Below are positions 55,821 through 64,000 of a DNA stretch of 64,000 bases, one piece after another (positions within the stretch are counted from its first letter, which is position 1; the number at the start of each line of letters is the position of its first letter). Both the position numbers and the translations under genes were made by a program. Source of the DNA: Pseudomonadota bacterium (GTDB taxonomy: Bacteria; Pseudomonadota; Alphaproteobacteria; Puniceispirillales; Puniceispirillaceae); NCBI GenBank assembly GCA_027620495.1, contig JAQCEA010000008.1, positions 12,098 through 76,097 of the forward strand. The letters are read 5' to 3'. Below the pieces are notes generated by a model. It was not told the origin of the DNA, did not search any database, and saw only the letters and a program-made list of their open reading frames with translations.

Positions 55821-56978
55821 ATGATGGATTGGCGCACAAAACTTCTTAATCCAGCACCACGCGCACGGCAGGATTACCAGTCCTTGGTGACGCCGGTATA
55901 TCGCGGTTCGACCGTGGTATTTAGCGATCAAAACGCGGTGACAGATGATTGGCGTCAGGCAGAAAATGGCTATTCTTATGGGCTGTATGGCACGCCAACA
56001 TCGCTGGAACTGGCCGCACGGATTGCCAGCATCGAAGGGGCAAAAGAAACATTTATTGTCCCTGGTGGTCAGGCCGCTATTGCGCTGATTTATCTTGCCT
56101 ATTGTCAGGCTGGTAGCCACGCCTTGGTGCCGTTTTCTGCCTATGGCCCGAATAAGGCCATGGCCGAGGGGCTGATGCGCGGGTTACATGTTGAAGTTGA
56201 ACCCTATGACCCGCTTATTGGGGCAGATATTGCCGCATTGATCCGGTCAAATACCAGCCTGATCTGGTGCGAGAGCCCGGGGTCAGTCACCATGGAGGTA
56301 CAGGATGTACCGGCCATTGTCGCGGCGGCACATGCCAAAGGCGTTGCTGTGGCTTTGGACAATACCTATGCCGCTGGCGTTATGTTTGATGCCTTTGCCC
56401 ATGGCGTAGACGTCAGCATGCAGGCGCTGACAAAATATGTCGGCGGACATAGCGATTTATTATTGGGCACCGTTTCGGCGCGTGACAGTGCCGCTTATGA
56501 CAAGCTAGGGCCGATTTATCAACAGCTGGGTTTAGCGGTTTCACCTGATGATTGCAGCCTTGCACTTCGCGGGTTGCAGACATTGGCTGTACGTCTAGAT
56601 GTGCTGGAACAAAGCACGCTAAAAGTGGCAAAATGGTTATCCGATCAGCCCTTGGTGGGGCGGGTGCTTCATCCGGCTATGGCCTCTTGTCCCGGGCATG
56701 AAATATGGACCCGCGATTTCACTGGTTCAACAAGCGTGTTTTCATTTGTTTTTGATGAGCATATTCGCGCGGAGCAGGTAATTGATTTTATTAATAATCT
56801 GGAAATTTTCAGGATTGGTATGAGCTGGGGCGGGGTAAATAGTTTGGCCGTGGTTTACCCTGATTTAATCCGCCCAAATCAGGATTTTGCTGGGCGTATT
56901 GTGCGGTTAAATATCGGTCTAGAGGCGGTTGATGATCTGATCGCCGACCTTGACCAAGCATTGAGCAAAATGGTGTGA
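55821..56978 (+). CDS. metC: Cys/Met-metabolism PLP-dependent enzyme, cystathionine beta-lyase-like
   Basis: TPVYRGSTVVF, LIWCESPGS, SMQALTKYVGGHSDLLLG (PLP Lys). GGAGG lies just upstream of ATG 55821/55824. The track ORF opens at 55662. Confidence 0.78.
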   Translation: MMDWRTKLLNPAPRARQDYQSLVTPVYRGSTVVFSDQNAVTDDWRQAENGYSYGLYGTPTSLELAARIASIEGAKETFIVPGGQAAIALIYLAYCQAGSHALVPFSAYGPNKAMAEGLMRGLHVEVEPYDPLIGADIAALIRSNTSLIWCESPGSVTMEVQDVPAIVAAAHAKGVAVALDNTYAAGVMFDAFAHGVDVSMQALTKYVGGHSDLLLGTVSARDSAAYDKLGPIYQQLGLAVSPDDCSLALRGLQTLAVRLDVLEQSTLKVAKWLSDQPLVGRVLHPAMASCPGHEIWTRDFTGSTSVFSFVFDEHIRAEQVIDFINNLEIFRIGMSWGGVNSLAVVYPDLIRPNQDFAGRIVRLNIGLEAVDDLIADLDQALSKMV

Positions 56979-57046
56979 TTTTTTAACCAAATAAGTAAAA
57001 CTGTATCACTCGGCAAGGTAACGCCACAGCCACAAGAGATTGTTGA

Positions 57047-58120
57047 ATGACTGGACAACCAATCCCCACAACGACAATTGGATCATTCCCAAAGCCAAAA
57101 TATTTACCAGTCAGAGATTGGTTTGATGCGGCGCGCGACGAAGGGGGCATGAACGCTTCCACAATCACAAAAGAATATACCAGGGCCAGCCAGACGTTAA
57201 ATGAGACTGACGAAGCGCTCTTTCAGCAAGCGGCAAAAGAGATCATTGATATTCAGTTAAATGCTGGCATCACCATCCCAACCGATGGTGAGGTCCGTCG
57301 CGAAAATTATATTCATTATCACTGCCGCCATCTCAGTGGTTTTGACTTTGAAAATTTGGAACATCGGGTTTTGCGAGATGGTGCGTATGAAACTGACCTG
57401 CCAGCGATTAGAGGGTTGGTAAAACAAGAAAGGCCCGCATATTCAGTAAAAGACTATTTAGCCGCGCAAAAACTATGTCCCGCACCGTTGAAATTCACCT
57501 TGCCCGGCCCGCTGACCATCATGGATACCAACGCCGATTGTTTTTACCATGACCGGAAAAAACTAAACCACGATCTGGCCGAGACAATTAACAAAGAAAT
57601 TCTTAGTTTGGTTGACGCTGGTTGCAAATATATCCAAATCGATGAACCATTATTTGCCCGTCAGGTTGATGATGCGGTGCGTTTTGGATTTGACGGTTTA
57701 GAACATTGCTTTCATCGCGTGCCAAAAGAGGTGGTGCGGATCGTGCATATGTGTTGCGGTTATCCCGACCATTTAGATGATGAGGATTATAAAAAAGCTG
57801 ATCCTGATAGCTATGCCAAGCTTGCACATTATGTCGACGATGCCGGATTTGATCAGCTGTCTATAGAGGATGCGCATTGCTGTAATGATCTGTCCTTGCT
57901 TGATAAATTCAGCAAAAAAACGATTATTTTTGGCGCAGTTGCGGTTGCAAGAAGCAAGCTGGAGACGGTTGAGGAAATTGCCGAGCGATTAAAAGCCGCA
58001 CTCAACCACATAGATCGTGATCGATTGGTGGTGGCACCAGATTGTGGTCTGGGTTTGTTGCCGCCTGCGATTGCGGCAAAAAAACTTCATTTAATGGTTG
58101 CGGCGACAAAACTTATATAA
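57047..58120 (+). CDS. Cobalamin-independent methionine synthase catalytic-domain-only protein (short MetE-like, Meth_synt_2)
   Basis: 357 aa. TTTIGSFPKP, IPTDGEVRR, IQIDEP, HMCCGY, APDCGL zinc/substrate motifs. Confidence 0.8.
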   Translation: MTGQPIPTTTIGSFPKPKYLPVRDWFDAARDEGGMNASTITKEYTRASQTLNETDEALFQQAAKEIIDIQLNAGITIPTDGEVRRENYIHYHCRHLSGFDFENLEHRVLRDGAYETDLPAIRGLVKQERPAYSVKDYLAAQKLCPAPLKFTLPGPLTIMDTNADCFYHDRKKLNHDLAETINKEILSLVDAGCKYIQIDEPLFARQVDDAVRFGFDGLEHCFHRVPKEVVRIVHMCCGYPDHLDDEDYKKADPDSYAKLAHYVDDAGFDQLSIEDAHCCNDLSLLDKFSKKTIIFGAVAVARSKLETVEEIAERLKAALNHIDRDRLVVAPDCGLGLLPPAIAAKKLHLMVAATKLI

Positions 58121-58222
58121 AAAGGCAGTCAGGCGAGGGGGATAAAAACCAATCTCACGCAGAAATTTGCACCGTTTGTATCTTTTTTCAAAAAAACCGA
58201 AAAGATTTTAGGGGGAACATAA

Positions 58223-59101
58223 ATGAAGATTGGTATTATCGGTTTTGGAAAAATGGGCGCCGCCATTGCTGCGCGTCTTGTCGAGTGTGGCCACGAAGTG
58301 GTTGCATGGTCGAGGGATATCCAAAAAGTTGAGATATCAAACATTGCAAAAGGGGCAGCAACACCCCAACAGGTCATTCAAAAATCTGATGTTATTCTGT
58401 CGATCTTGGCTAACGATGAAGCAACTGAGCGTGCTTATTTTGGCGAAAATGGTATTTGCCACGCACAGCTTGACGGCAAAATTATTGTTGAAATGTGTAC
58501 GATGCTCCCTGAAAGAGCAAAGCAATTGTGCCAAGCTGTGCTGGGCGCTGGTGGTGCGTTTCTGGAATGCCCGGTTGGCGGCACGGTGAAACCGGCGCGT
58601 GACGGCGCTCTGGTTGGTATGGCGGCTGGAGATCCCAAAACATTTGATGAGGTTAAACCCCTGCTTGGTGAATTGGCACGTCGACTTGATTTTTTGGGAG
58701 ATGTTGGCAATGCAGCGGCAATGAAATTGGCGATAAATTTGCCGCTAATGGTGTATTGGGGCGCGTTGGGAGAGGCCGTTGCCTTGCTTGGCAGACATAA
58801 TATCGATGTTGAACAAGCATTTGATATATTGACCGATAGTTCCGGTGCGATTGGCCCGGCAAAGGCCCGTCAGGCACCCATTATTGAATTGATCAAAAAT
58901 GGCGAGCCTGGGGTTTCTAACTTTGCCATTGATCAGGCAATAAAGGATATGAATTTGATGAAATCCCAGGCGAGCCAAAATGGGGTTGATTGCCCGATTA
59001 TTACCGCCGCACTAGACACAGCAAGATCAGCTAATGATGCGGGCTGGGATAAGAAAGATATTTCACTGCTGGCGGCATGGCGCTCAAAAGTTTGCGATTG
59101 A
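58223..59101 (+). CDS. NAD(P)-dependent oxidoreductase, 3-hydroxyisobutyrate/6-phosphogluconate dehydrogenase-like
   Basis: 292 aa. MKIGIIGFGKMGAAIA Rossmann motif. AMKLAINL helix domain. Confidence 0.85.
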   Translation: MKIGIIGFGKMGAAIAARLVECGHEVVAWSRDIQKVEISNIAKGAATPQQVIQKSDVILSILANDEATERAYFGENGICHAQLDGKIIVEMCTMLPERAKQLCQAVLGAGGAFLECPVGGTVKPARDGALVGMAAGDPKTFDEVKPLLGELARRLDFLGDVGNAAAMKLAINLPLMVYWGALGEAVALLGRHNIDVEQAFDILTDSSGAIGPAKARQAPIIELIKNGEPGVSNFAIDQAIKDMNLMKSQASQNGVDCPIITAALDTARSANDAGWDKKDISLLAAWRSKVCD

Positions 59102-59267
59102 CACGAACTTATGTTTACGTCCGTATTTGACGTTGGGGATAAGTGCGGATTTTAAAACAGCATGCACGCATAGCTTACCCATTTGAACAAAACATATGAC
59201 ACTAAAACTTGGATTTTGATCAACACAAGCGAATGACATCAATAGAGATACAACAAGTGTGGGTGTT

Positions 59268-60308
59268 ATGAAGTTTAGTATTCAATTATCAGCAGATTAT
59301 CCGGATAAAGATTACGGCGGTGATCGTGTGTATGCGGATATGCTTGATCAAGCCATTTTGGCCGACAGGTTGGGTTTTGATGCTGTTTCAATCACTGAAC
59401 ATCATTTGATGAACTGTCTTATGATGCCGGCACCCCTGCAATTTGCGGTCAAAATCGCCGCTCTTACCAAACGCATCAACATCATGACATCCATAGTGGT
59501 GTTGCCGCTCCATGACATGCGGGTTTATGCCGGTGAAGTTGTGGTGGCTGACATTCTGACCGAAGGCAGGTTATTGCTGGGTGTTGGTCGTGGCGCATTT
59601 GCTTATGAGATGGAACGCCTCGGGGTGCCGATGGATGAAACGCAAGCGCGCTTTAATGAATCGCTGGAAGTGCTGCAAGCACTTTTAACAAGAGAAGAGG
59701 TGTCATGGGATGGCAAATATTATCGATTTGATCCTTTGACCATTATGCCGCGTCCAGTCCGCCCGGGTGGACCGCCGATGATGATGGCGGTGATGAACCC
59801 CGATGGTATCTATCACTGTACCAAGCGAGGGTTCCACATTCAAACCACGCCATTATCTGGCAATCATCAACTTTTGGTTGATCAGGTTAACGCGTTTCGC
59901 CGTGCGAAAGCTGAGATGGATGATGATAAACCCGATGTCACCCTTACATTGTCACGCGTTGCCCATATGGCAGATAGCCAGACTGAAAAGCAAAGGAAGA
60001 TAGAGGCCGCGCATTATTATTACGGTCGTTTTGATAATGTCTTTACCGGCCCGGGCATTGTTGAACATGGTGTTGTTAGGCCCTTGCCTTGTGCAACACC
60101 TATTGATGAATTGGGAGCCAGTTTGCTCATTGGTAAAGCGCAAGAAATGATCGATAAATTGGCGCCTTATGCTGAATTGGGTATAGATCGTGTTATTTTA
60201 AATTTTAATTTTGGACTCGATGCCGAGGATACATTGCAAGCGATTGAACATTTTGCAAAAGATGTCATGCCACATTTTACATCTTTGCCAACGCTTGCGG
60301 CTGAATAA
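59268..60308 (+). CDS. Luciferase-like (LLM class) flavin-dependent oxidoreductase
   Basis: About 346 aa. FDAVSITEHH and GRLLLGVGRG motifs. ATG at 59268. The track GTG start is at 59259. Confidence 0.85.
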   Translation: MKFSIQLSADYPDKDYGGDRVYADMLDQAILADRLGFDAVSITEHHLMNCLMMPAPLQFAVKIAALTKRINIMTSIVVLPLHDMRVYAGEVVVADILTEGRLLLGVGRGAFAYEMERLGVPMDETQARFNESLEVLQALLTREEVSWDGKYYRFDPLTIMPRPVRPGGPPMMMAVMNPDGIYHCTKRGFHIQTTPLSGNHQLLVDQVNAFRRAKAEMDDDKPDVTLTLSRVAHMADSQTEKQRKIEAAHYYYGRFDNVFTGPGIVEHGVVRPLPCATPIDELGASLLIGKAQEMIDKLAPYAELGIDRVILNFNFGLDAEDTLQAIEHFAKDVMPHFTSLPTLAAE

Positions 60309-60317
60309 ACTATCATC

Positions 60318-61118
60318 ATGTCAAAGCAAGTGTTAAAACCCACCCCTATCGCTTGCGCCTATTCAGTTGAGGGCGAGGGGCCGCCATTATTTTTAATCCA
60401 TGGCATTGGCGCGGCGCGCAATAGTTGGGCAAAATTGATGCCTATTCTGGTCCCGCATTTTACCGTTATCACCTATGATTTGCGTGGTCATGGCGCATCG
60501 CCAGTGCCAGACCAGCAGTTTGGTCTGGATGATCTGGTCGAGGATCTTGAATATCTGCGCCAGCAAACAGGCTTTGAAGCAGCACATTTTGCTGGCCATT
60601 CTCTCGGGGGGATGATCGGCCCAGCATATTGCCGGGCCTATCCGCATCGGGTCTGGTCATTGGGGTTGCTGTCAACTGCCGCTTTTCGAACGCCTGATGA
60701 CTGTAGCAAAGTAATGGCCGTGGTTCATGCAATGGAACGGAATGGGATCGCTAATGTCCTTGAAACGCTAATCAACCGCTGGTTTACCGATGGTTTTATT
60801 CAGGCCCATCCAGATATTGTCCGCCGACGCCTTGATCAGGTTATCAATGCTGACCCGCAGGTGTTTTTGAATGTATTTAGGATATATGCCACAACGGAAA
60901 TGTCGCCATGGCTTGCCGAGGTTCAGGCACCGTCACTGGTGCTCACAGGTGAATTGGATGGTGGCTGCCCGCCGCGTCTAAATCAGAAAATTGCAGATAG
61001 GCTTACTCGTGCAGAGTTAGTGGTTCTGCCAGATTACAAACATTCTTTATTGCTTGAGGCTGGTGAAAAAGTGGCTGAAGAAATCAAATCTTTTATCCAA
61101 AAAATCAGCTTGCCTTAA
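60318..61118 (+). CDS. Alpha/beta hydrolase (3-oxoadipate enol-lactonase-like)
   Basis: 266 aa. HGIG, nucleophile elbow GHSLGG, C-terminal H in YKHSLLLE. Confidence 0.85.
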   Translation: MSKQVLKPTPIACAYSVEGEGPPLFLIHGIGAARNSWAKLMPILVPHFTVITYDLRGHGASPVPDQQFGLDDLVEDLEYLRQQTGFEAAHFAGHSLGGMIGPAYCRAYPHRVWSLGLLSTAAFRTPDDCSKVMAVVHAMERNGIANVLETLINRWFTDGFIQAHPDIVRRRLDQVINADPQVFLNVFRIYATTEMSPWLAEVQAPSLVLTGELDGGCPPRLNQKIADRLTRAELVVLPDYKHSLLLEAGEKVAEEIKSFIQKISLP

Positions 61119-61309
61119 CCATAGGCTATTGTTTTCAAGATATAAATTGAAAATGCCAAATGAAAGTTTTGGCTTAACTGATATTCAGGCAGGCGGGCCA
61201 CATAAAGTGATTTATGGTTTGTCACGATGGCGTGCAAACAGGGATTTTGCCCGGTTCACAAAAACCATAACGGGTGCGTTGATCTGCAAATGAATTTTTT
61301 TGGGGGGTA

Positions 61310-61328
61310 TGGCGGAGAGGGTGGATTC
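61310..61328 (-). other. Remnant of a tRNA 3' end (tRNA-Ser-like acceptor/T-arm: GAATCCACCCTCTCCGCCA)
   Basis: The plus strand reads TGGCGGAGAGGGTGGATTC. Its reverse complement ends CCTCTCCGCCA like tRNA-Ser. The adjacent sequence cannot form the rest of a cloverleaf. Confidence 0.45.
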
Positions 61329-61411
61329 AGGAATGTTTCGTAAGGCACTGATTATATTCAGGTAATAAGGTTTTCGCATTCACTGCCCCACATTTTGCCC
61401 CACCCAGACTG

Positions 61412-62038
61412 CTAAAGGTTCACAATGCCTAAATTGTTCAAGCCATTAAGTATGGTCTGGATTGCTATGGCTGCTAAAAGAATACCAACAACTCGAGACA
61501 TAACAGTCGAGATTGTCAAATTAATAAATTTCGACCCCCAAGCAGCGGTGTAAAGTATTAGAGCAGACAGGAGCATTGCAAAAAATATCGAGCCAACATT
61601 CAAAAACAATGAGTCAGTATTATAGAAATCGCTAAACACCATTACTGAAGTAATTGCAGCAGGGCCAGCTAACAATGGCACTGCCAATGGACTGGACGAC
61701 AACCGAATTAACTCTTCCTTCGGGACACTCTCGGCCGCGGCTTTGCTCTTTCGCGCTTGTCGTCTTCCATTAACCATTTCCAGAGCAATAATGAATAAGA
61801 TTGCGCCGCCAGCAATATTAAATGTATCAGCTGATATTTTTAAGTGTGTGAGAATAAAAGAACCGAAGAGACCAAAAAACATGAGTACACAAAAGGCAAC
61901 AAATGAGCCTCTGAGTGCTATCCACTGTTTTTGTTTATGGTGGAGATTCTCGGTTATTGAGAGAAAAATTGGGATTGTACCTATCGGATCAATCACAGCG
62001 AAATATATCAGCGCTAGGGATGTGAATTCAGCGATCAA
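61412..62038 (-). CDS. MarC-family (UPF0056) integral membrane protein
   Basis: 208 aa, 6 TM. N-terminal FAVIDPIGTIPIF motif. Confidence 0.8.
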   Translation of the reverse strand: MIAEFTSLALIYFAVIDPIGTIPIFLSITENLHHKQKQWIALRGSFVAFCVLMFFGLFGSFILTHLKISADTFNIAGGAILFIIALEMVNGRRQARKSKAAAESVPKEELIRLSSSPLAVPLLAGPAAITSVMVFSDFYNTDSLFLNVGSIFFAMLLSALILYTAAWGSKFINLTISTVMSRVVGILLAAIAIQTILNGLNNLGIVNL

Positions 62039-62078
62039 ATTGTTTCACCGCTGGCATTTTTGGAAATGAACTAACAAC

Positions 62079-63080
62079 TTAACCATCGTAGGACTGACCT
62101 CCATCCGTTCTATGCCAAAGTCGATATAAGTGTCTTTTTTTCGTTTCATCCTCGTGATCAACAAAATCTGAACGATAGTGTCCGAGTTCATGATTGTTCA
62201 AATATTGGACTTCCCCTCTAGAAAGCGGTGCCTCTATCCACAAATCCGATGATGATGTCACTTCATCAATTGCTTCAAGCGCATTTTCTAAAAGCTTATC
62301 CATTGTGATTTCGCCAACTTGATAACCTTTTCGGACCAGTGAGCTATTCGCTCTGCAACGCAATTTTCCATTTTTCCAACTAAACATGGGCGCAAACGAA
62401 GTTTTTGCTTCACCGGTTGCATGCTCTGCTTGCCTATCAAAATAAACTGGCTGATATAGCCTTCTAAGTTCTTCTGGGTATTTATTTTCCATTCTTGAAT
62501 GAACTGTATACAAGCTACAAAAACGACTTAACCCACCTTTTTTTGCAGGGTATTTACACATTAAGCCAACGTAATCGGGAACAGATATGCCAAATGCATT
62601 ATCGGTGTGGAACACTAGTTCCACGTTTGTTGCAGAGCCTCTAACTCCATATCCATATTTCTTGCCAGTGTCGGTCACATTGTAAATCATTGTGCCATCC
62701 CACTTTTGAGCAACATTTCGCCCCATTAAGTGGCCAAGGATCCAATAGACATTGATCATATCTTCAATGTCAAAATCATCAATTGGCAGTTTATCTATTA
62801 CTGCGAAACCAGCTCCATCATCACAAATATTTTTTGCTTTTTCATATGCGATTGTTAGTTCGGGAATGTCAAACTGATCAGGTGTCAACAACAGAGTGGG
62901 TAGTGGATTTCGCCTTATTTGATTGACCATAGAATTTATTTCTTTGATTGCAGATGCGTTTAAAGCAACTGTCCAATCTTCTTGTTTAAGCTCAGACGCG
63001 AGCCAACCCTTACCTTGGGTCGATGGTATGTTGTTAATGTCTTTGAAAGACTCAAAACTAAGATCGACTGACCCGTCCAT
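62079..63080 (-). CDS. Fe(II)/2-oxoglutarate dioxygenase, TauD/TfdA (clavaminate-synthase-like) family
   Basis: About 333 aa. FHTDNAF (H-x-D), a distal NHELGHYRSDF His/Arg. ATG 63080 has a GGAGG SD 7 nt upstream. The track TTG start is at 63095. Confidence 0.8.
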   Translation of the reverse strand: MDGSVDLSFESFKDINNIPSTQGKGWLASELKQEDWTVALNASAIKEINSMVNQIRRNPLPTLLLTPDQFDIPELTIAYEKAKNICDDGAGFAVIDKLPIDDFDIEDMINVYWILGHLMGRNVAQKWDGTMIYNVTDTGKKYGYGVRGSATNVELVFHTDNAFGISVPDYVGLMCKYPAKKGGLSRFCSLYTVHSRMENKYPEELRRLYQPVYFDRQAEHATGEAKTSFAPMFSWKNGKLRCRANSSLVRKGYQVGEITMDKLLENALEAIDEVTSSSDLWIEAPLSRGEVQYLNNHELGHYRSDFVDHEDETKKRHLYRLWHRTDGGQSYDG

Positions 63081-63276
63081 TATTATTCCTCCCAAGCTTT
63101 ATTTGAGATTAAGTTTGATAGATAATCAAATTGTTGCCAACCCAATTCGACATTAAAATTGTCATCAGCTTTACGATATTAGGTCGTCTAATGGATCTAA
63201 AACGCCAATTAGGCTGGCGAGTAGAAGTATAAAAATCTACAGAAGTGATCTGTTTTGCGGCTGGATGGAAAGATAG

Positions 63277-64000
63277 ATGAGTGAGCCTAATTGCAAATCA
63301 TTGGGACGAGAAAATATTGTTGGTAGCTGTCTTATGATTTTATCAATGGCGGCGTTCGCTGGCGAAGACAGCGTCATTAAAGCGCTGTCAGAGGAAATGC
63401 CAGTTAGCCAAATAATTTTTTTGATAGGCATCGGTGGCGCATCAGTGTTTGCGATAACAGGGGTGGTCTTAAAAACAGAGATTTTGGTCCCTGAGATAAA
63501 TAGTTTGCCAATGCACGCTCGGATTGTTACCGAAATCTTTGGTCGAATATTCTATTCCCTTGCACTGTCTTTAACTTCTTTATCTTCAACAACGATGATT
63601 TTGCAAGCAACGCCATTGGTTGTAGTCATAGGTGCTTCTATTTTTTTTAATGAAAAAGTTGGGGTTGTTAGATGGTTAGCCATTGGCCTCGGGTTTGTTG
63701 GTGTCTTGATGATTATTAGCCCAGAGGAAGCGGAATTCAGCTTGCTTTCGCTCATGGCAATATTCGGTATGCTTGGGTTCGCCTTTCGAGATTTGGCTAG
63801 TCGGGCGGCTTCACCAAAACTGAATATTTTCACACTTGGTTGCCATGGATTTTTGTCTCTTGCTGTTGCGGGGATTATTCTTAGCCTCATCTTAGGACAA
63901 TCATTTTTGACAATCAGTGGCAACACTTGGTTGTTTTTAGCAGCCGGGGTTTCGCTGGGTGTTGTAGGTTATGGATCGCTGATTTCAGCTATGCGAATTG
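63277..64000 (+). CDS. EamA/DMT-family transporter, 3'-truncated by window edge (not in ORF track)
   Basis: Hand translation from ATG 63277 stays open to the window end (241 codons). Multiple TM helices. FFNEKVGVVRWLAIGLGFVGVLMI is an EamA-type motif. Confidence 0.72.
   Translation, partial: MSEPNCKSLGRENIVGSCLMILSMAAFAGEDSVIKALSEEMPVSQIIFLIGIGGASVFAITGVVLKTEILVPEINSLPMHARIVTEIFGRIFYSLALSLTSLSSTTMILQATPLVVVIGASIFFNEKVGVVRWLAIGLGFVGVLMIISPEEAEFSLLSLMAIFGMLGFAFRDLASRAASPKLNIFTLGCHGFLSLAVAGIILSLILGQSFLTISGNTWLFLAAGVSLGVVGYGSLISAMRI

Noticed and set aside
55551-56120. 189-aa minus-strand ORF, and the 5' extension (55662-55820) of the metC track ORF
   Set aside because: The minus ORF is antisense to the metC N-terminus and leader, and it is Cys/His/Arg-rich. 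The plus extension translates the structured leader (MLWRHRCHARNNCC..). The GGAGG SD and the conserved MetC N-terminus start at 55821.
61054-61293. 79-aa plus-strand ORF spanning the hydrolase 3' end and the spacer
   Set aside because: It overlaps the hydrolase CDS in another frame. It has no SD before either Met and no motif. It may be noise at the putative island junction.
61290-61400. Possible intact tRNA gene
   Set aside because: Only the last 19 nt of a tRNA are present. The sequence that should form the T-loop and the complementary T-stem strand (ATTCAGGAATGT..) does not pair. I therefore report it as a remnant, not a tRNA.
1-64000. CRISPR arrays, IS elements/transposases, integrases, toxin-antitoxin pairs, recognisable defence-system genes
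   Set aside because: I scanned the ORF track and the intergenic spacers. I saw no repeat-spacer arrays, no DDE/serine/tyrosine recombinase motifs and no nuclease/ATPase defence-type modules.

Overview
This is a compact, almost fully coding chromosomal segment. I support about 65 protein genes and found no rRNA, intact tRNA, CRISPR array, transposase or integrase. The gene order matches alphaproteobacterial core synteny: ntrC-ntrY-ntrX-trkA-hfq, then mazG, and recG-sdhE-mfd. The rest is mostly accessory metabolism typical of a marine heterotroph. It includes a LysR-controlled six-gene operon (flavin reductase, aldehyde dehydrogenase, DUF1185, hydrolase, ThDP enzyme, small alpha+beta protein), queF, an OYE reductase, dinB, a glycine-betaine ABC pair, an amino-acid ABC transporter, a dimethylglycine-dehydrogenase-like enzyme, a solitary flagellin gene with a sigma-28-type promoter, and a metC / short-MetE / oxidoreductase string. 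Five items deserve a second look. (1) A photolyase-homology protein begins directly at the FAD-binding domain and carries about 165 extra C-terminal residues, and a DUF2805/TIGR03643 gene lies nearby. (2) Seven same-strand genes with tiny gaps combine a 3-His cupin, a four-domain rhodanese protein and two transporters. (3) A nitrile-hydratase-leader-like (NHLP-like) 130-aa ORF sits next to the flagellin in a lower-GC patch. (4) A 19-nt tRNA-Ser 3'-end remnant coincides with a GC drop near 61.3 kb and may mark a genomic-island edge. (5) Two genes are disrupted at A homopolymers: a PaaI-type thioesterase, and the signal peptide of a cytochrome c'. Both enhancer-binding proteins, NtrC and NtrX, lack a GAFTGA loop. 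All calls rest on reading the supplied translations and the DNA by eye. No database search was run. Family names are motif-level recognitions. GC statements come from hand counts of a few 60-nt lines.
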